Shown here: positions 59,952-64,000 of the stretch, in pieces
How the letters are laid out: each line of letters starts with the position of its first letter
How positions within the stretch are numbered: position 1 is the first letter of the stretch
Source: an uncultured Acidobacteriota bacterium
GTDB taxonomy: Bacteria; Acidobacteriota; UBA6911
DNA: 64,000 nt
Direction: 5' to 3'
Assembly: GCA_963809485.1 (NCBI GenBank)
Contig: CAWEJX010000005.1
Location: forward strand, 43,425 to 107,424
The notes under the pieces: model-generated
Database searches by the model: none
What the model saw: only the letters and a program-made list of their open reading frames with translations
What the model was told of the DNA's origin: nothing
Made by a program: the position numbers and the translations under genes

Positions 59952-61039
59952 TTATCCCTAAGAACCGCTCCATCGCCTACTATGTCAGCGCCCACGGCTA
60001 CGGGCACGGCGTCCGCTCCTGCGACATCGTCCGCGCCGTCGGCCGGTTGTATCCGCAGATTGATGTGCACATCGTGAGCGATCTGCCGCCGGCGTTTTTG
60101 TCAAACCAGCTGGGTTCCATCCGAATTCCGGTGCGGGCAGCGGCCTTCGATGTCGGGATGGTCCAGCTCGATTCGATACGCGTCGACGTGGACGCCACAT
60201 TGGACAGGGTCGAGCGTCTTTATGCGCGACGCAGCGAACTTGTGGCGGGCGAAGAGGCGTGGCTCAGGGAAACGGGCATAGATCTGGTAGTCGTCGATAT
60301 CCCTGCGCTTCCTTTGGAAGCCGCAGCGCGCCTGGGCATCCCGGCCCTTGCCGTCGGTAACTTTGCCTGGGATTGGATCTATTCCGGTTTCCTCGGTCGG
60401 GATCGCCGCTGGAATAGGATTGTGGATATTTTCCGGGATGAATATGCTCGGGCTGATCTGCTGCTGCGGCTTCCGTTCAGCGAGCCGATGAGCGCATTCC
60501 GCCGCATCGAGGACATCCCGCTGGTGGCTTCTCCCGGCAGGCCGCGCCGGGAGGAAATGGCGGCGATTGCCGGGTGCGATGCGGGCAGGAAGTGGGTCCT
60601 GCTTTCCTTCACCACTCTGGATATGAGCGGCGAGGCGCTGGACGAGATCGAGCGGCTGGGCGAATATGAATTTTTCACCGTCCTGCCGCTTGAGTGGAGG
60701 CGGAGGAACATTCACCCGCTGGACCGCGAGCAGGTGATTTTTTCGGATGTGGTCGCTTCCGTGGACGCGGTGATTTCGAAGCCGGGCTTCGGGATACTGT
60801 CCAACTGCGTCGTCAACCGCAAGCCTCTGATCTATGCCGGGCGCGAAGATTTTTTGGAGTATGGCATCCTGGAAGCCGCGATAAAGAAGTACATCAGGCA
60901 CGTTCCCATTGCCGCGGCCAGCCTGTACCGGGGCGACTTGCGTGAGAGCCTGGAGCGCCTGTGGGAAGCTCCGGAGCCGCCGGCCACGCTGCCCCACGGC
61001 GGCGACCGGATCGCCGCCCGGCGCATCGCCGAGTATTAG
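59948..61039 (+). CDS. GT-B glycosyltransferase-like protein (resembles N-terminal domain of plant L-arabinokinase)
   Basis: AYYVSAHGYGHGVR, GNFAWDWIY, VISKPGFG; GTGA-coupled to trxB. Confidence 0.8.
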   Translation: MIIPKNRSIAYYVSAHGYGHGVRSCDIVRAVGRLYPQIDVHIVSDLPPAFLSNQLGSIRIPVRAAAFDVGMVQLDSIRVDVDATLDRVERLYARRSELVAGEEAWLRETGIDLVVVDIPALPLEAAARLGIPALAVGNFAWDWIYSGFLGRDRRWNRIVDIFRDEYARADLLLRLPFSEPMSAFRRIEDIPLVASPGRPRREEMAAIAGCDAGRKWVLLSFTTLDMSGEALDEIERLGEYEFFTVLPLEWRRRNIHPLDREQVIFSDVVASVDAVISKPGFGILSNCVVNRKPLIYAGREDFLEYGILEAAIKKYIRHVPIAAASLYRGDLRESLERLWEAPEPPATLPHGGDRIAARRIAEY

Positions 61040-61137
61040 GCGGATGCGATGCCTGTCCTTCTTTTAACGCTGACCTACGCCGACAAAACGCCGACGAACG
61101 CTGAACAAAATTATAAAAAATCGGCGTGTGTCAGCGT

Positions 61138-61821
61138 TCACATAGCTGGTATGCCGGGGAGACCCCAGTAGGCCAGGTCGACGTCGTAGAGGTTGCGGAT
61201 GATCTGGTGGGCATTTCGGTAAACACCGTCGTCCATGTGAGGATCGGGCACGGCGACCGTAAACATGCCTGCAGCGCGCGCAGCCTCTACGCCGGCAGGA
61301 GAATCCTCGAATACCAGGCATTGGCCCGGAGGCGCCTGCATTCTTTTTGCGGCCAGCAGGAAAATATCCGGCGCGGGTTTCCCGCGCGCAATTTCCGGGT
61401 CGTCCCCCATCACCAGGCATTCGAAAATGCCGAACCATGCCCGGTGCTTCGTGATCTTCAGCTCGAAATTGTGTCCGTCGGAACTCGTGGCCACGGCCTG
61501 GGGGATGCCGGCCGCGTGCAGATGCTTTGTAAGCCGCACAGCCCCCGGCAAGGGCTCTGCCTGCGGAAACAATTCTTCCAGCAGCTGCTTGCGCTGTTCG
61601 AGGTACTCCTCGATGGTCATAGGCAATCCGAGCGCCCCCAATATGACTTTCGCCGAATCCTGGGCGGGCAGTCCGATCATCTTAGACTTGACTGTCCAGT
61701 CGAACACCTTGCCGTATTTTGCGGCCATGACCTCATGGGCTTTGGTGTAAAAGGGTTCCGTATCGAGCAAAAGCCCGTCCACGTCATAGATCACGTGGGT
61801 GATCGCAGGTGCCATATCCAT
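61138..61821 (-). CDS. HAD-IA family phosphatase
   Basis: DVDGLLLDTE, ATSS, KPAPDIF, FEDSPAG. Confidence 0.92.
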   Translation of the reverse strand: MDMAPAITHVIYDVDGLLLDTEPFYTKAHEVMAAKYGKVFDWTVKSKMIGLPAQDSAKVILGALGLPMTIEEYLEQRKQLLEELFPQAEPLPGAVRLTKHLHAAGIPQAVATSSDGHNFELKITKHRAWFGIFECLVMGDDPEIARGKPAPDIFLLAAKRMQAPPGQCLVFEDSPAGVEAARAAGMFTVAVPDPHMDDGVYRNAHQIIRNLYDVDLAYWGLPGIPAM

Positions 61822-61825
61822 TTCC

Positions 61826-62527
61826 TTAACGAAGTATCGAGCCGATGATAATGTCATAGATCGCATGGGATGCGGCCGTAATGCCGAATCCGCGGGTCAC
61901 GAATATTACCGAAAAATAAAGGCCGCCCAGCGCCCTCTGCATGAAGCCTGCGAACGAGAAAGCATCTCCCGCCGGCCCGATGTAATGGAAAGCGGAGAAA
62001 ATCAGGGCCCCCAGGACCGATGCGGTGGCAGCCGCCGCTTTGGGTTTCAGCTGGAATAACTTGCCCAGCGCCCAGATCAGGAATCCCAGCAGAAAGGCGC
62101 GGAACACCAGTTCTTCGTAGACTCCAGCTCCGCAATAAAGCACCAGATTCGCGACGCTATTGAGAGCACCGGCAGGCGCCATGCTCAGGAGCGTAAACAG
62201 CCATCCGGCGCCGAAGAGCAGCACCAGGGCAAAACAGAGACTCTCCAGAAATGCCAGCAGCAGGAAACCGGATTTAACCGTCCAGCTGGCCCGCGTGCGG
62301 AACTGCCAGACGATGAAGCAGATTGCCAGCACCACCGCCGACGTCATCATGGAGTGGACGGAAAACAGGCCCAGAAGCCGTATCATCAACGCATCCGCTC
62401 CGTTAATGGTGGTGGTGTTCAAAAGGAAGGTCCCGGCGTGATAGACGCAAAGAAAGGGCAAAACCATAGCCGCCGAATAAATGGGCCTGCGGGTTTCCTT
62501 CAGATATCCCTTGAGCTTCGGCGCCAT
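61826..62527 (-). CDS. CPBP family intramembrane metalloprotease
   Basis: EELVFR, FSAFHY, HAIYD. Confidence 0.9.
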   Translation of the reverse strand: MAPKLKGYLKETRRPIYSAAMVLPFLCVYHAGTFLLNTTTINGADALMIRLLGLFSVHSMMTSAVVLAICFIVWQFRTRASWTVKSGFLLLAFLESLCFALVLLFGAGWLFTLLSMAPAGALNSVANLVLYCGAGVYEELVFRAFLLGFLIWALGKLFQLKPKAAAATASVLGALIFSAFHYIGPAGDAFSFAGFMQRALGGLYFSVIFVTRGFGITAASHAIYDIIIGSILR

Positions 62528-62640
62528 AGGCCATGCATCATAACCCAAGCCCTGCGAAGCGAACAGGAAAACCACAAAATTCCCGAACTCCATGCTATTA
62601 TTAATGTTGGCTGGAGTATGTTTTGGAGTCGCGAACAGGA

Positions 62641-63678
62641 ATGGATACGAATTGTACGCCTCATGAGAACCTGCAGGATACGCTTGGCCGGTCTTTGAAA
62701 GATCTGCGGATCTCCATCACCGACCGATGCAATTTCCGCTGCCGTTATTGCATGCCGCTGGACAAATACGAGTGGATCGATCGCCACGAAATCCTTACGT
62801 TTGAGGAAATTACGCGACTGGCCGGGCTTTTTATCCGCCTCGGCGTCGAGGAGATACGGCTCACCGGCGGAGAGCCGCTTCTGCGCCACGGAGTCGAGAG
62901 TCTCGTAGCTCAACTGGCGGGCCTGGAGGGGTTGAAAGACCTTTCCCTTACGACTAATGCCTCGCTGCTGGGCGACAAGGCCGAAGCCCTGGTGAAGGCG
63001 GGATTAGGGCGCATCAACGTGAGCCTGGACACCATCGATACGGAAAAGTTCCAGACGATGACCCGGCGCGACGAGCTGGCAAATGTGTTGCGGGGCCTGT
63101 TTGCCGCCAAACAGAGCGGATTGAGCCCGATCAAGATCAACTCGGTGGTCGAGCGCGGTGTGAACGACAGCGATATCCTGAACCTGGTCGAGTTCTCCAA
63201 AAGGAACGGTTTCTGGATACGCTTCATCGAGTACATGGATGTGGGCAACTCGAACAACTGGGTTTCGGAGCGGATGGTATCCAAAGGCGAGATTCTGGAT
63301 ATCATCCACGCCGGGTACCCCATCAAGGAAGTGGGGCGCAACGACCAAAGCGCGCCGGCCGTGGATTATGAGTTCCTGGATGGCCTCGGCAACGTCGGCG
63401 TGATCGCTTCGATCACCGAGCCATTCTGCAAAGGCTGCACGCGGGCGCGGCTCACGGCGGACGGCAAAATGGTGCTGTGCCTGTTCTCGGACAAGGGCCA
63501 CGACCTGAAGACGCCGCTGCGCAGCGGCGCAAGCGACCAGGATCTGATGGAGTTGATACGCGCCGCCTGGCGCGCCCGCACGGACCGGTATTCCGAGGAG
63601 CGCCTAGAAGCCATGAACTCCGGCGAATACCAGCCCAATCATCGCCGCAAAATGGAAATGATCAGCCTCGGCGGCTGA
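62641..63678 (+). CDS. moaA: GTP 3',8-cyclase MoaA
   Basis: LRISITDRCNFRCRYC, LTGGEP, FCKGCTRARLT...C, C-terminal GG. Confidence 0.96.
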   Translation: MDTNCTPHENLQDTLGRSLKDLRISITDRCNFRCRYCMPLDKYEWIDRHEILTFEEITRLAGLFIRLGVEEIRLTGGEPLLRHGVESLVAQLAGLEGLKDLSLTTNASLLGDKAEALVKAGLGRINVSLDTIDTEKFQTMTRRDELANVLRGLFAAKQSGLSPIKINSVVERGVNDSDILNLVEFSKRNGFWIRFIEYMDVGNSNNWVSERMVSKGEILDIIHAGYPIKEVGRNDQSAPAVDYEFLDGLGNVGVIASITEPFCKGCTRARLTADGKMVLCLFSDKGHDLKTPLRSGASDQDLMELIRAAWRARTDRYSEERLEAMNSGEYQPNHRRKMEMISLGG

Positions 63679-63699
63679 CGCCTTTGCCGTTTTTCAGGG

Positions 63700-64000
63700 T
63701 TAGATGGCGACGGATTTGAAGAACGATGCGAGGATGGACAGCAGCGTCAGGGCGAGGCACACGATGGCGGCGATCATGTGATCGGCGCGCTCCGGACGCA
63801 AGGGATCCAGCCAGCGCGCAGCCAAATACCCGCCCACGAATCCTCCCAGGTGTGCATAGTTGTCGATGCCCGACATGATGAATCCGAACACGAACAGGAT
63901 GACGGCATAGGTTTTCGCCTGGTTGCCGATGTGGCTGCTCCCCGTGCGCCGGCCGTAGACCACCAGCGCTCCCAGCAATCCGAAGATTGGGGCGGAAGCG
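63700..64000 (-). CDS. Rhomboid family intramembrane protease (3' part)
   Basis: ASAPIFGLLGA and IDNYAHLGGFVGG; 5' end is off the window. Confidence 0.85.
   Translation of the reverse strand, partial: ASAPIFGLLGALVVYGRRTGSSHIGNQAKTYAVILFVFGFIMSGIDNYAHLGGFVGGYLAARWLDPLRPERADHMIAAIVCLALTLLSILASFFKSVAI

Overview
GC-rich bacterial chromosomal window, probably Acidobacteriota (inferred from the rplM-rpsI-rpsB-tsf-pyrH-frr order and gene content). It is mostly housekeeping: pilMNO(P), translation genes, efp, speA, argH, rnz, lepB, carAB, mglBA, tsaC, hrpB, pgm, trxB, moaA. No rRNA, tRNA, CRISPR array or transposase gene was seen. Three things stand out. (1) An apparent flagellar-locus remnant: a FleQ-like sigma-54 activator, a near-consensus sigma-54 promoter, flhG and fliA are intact, flhA survives only as a decayed N-terminal fragment, flhF is absent, and an orphan neuB and an HD-GYP operon lie next door. 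(2) A dense set of nested non-autonomous repeats: IS200/IS605-like end pairs with variable interiors, a TIR MITE, 10-bp-period arrays and 7/8-bp arrays fused to stop codons. Two inverted-repeat-bounded interiors occur in opposite orientations in different copies. (3) An ECF sigma/Ser-Thr kinase pair facing a three-gene lipid/envelope operon. rpsB and hrpB each carry a single-base frameshift, most likely assembly errors. All calls come from reading motifs by eye; no database search was run.
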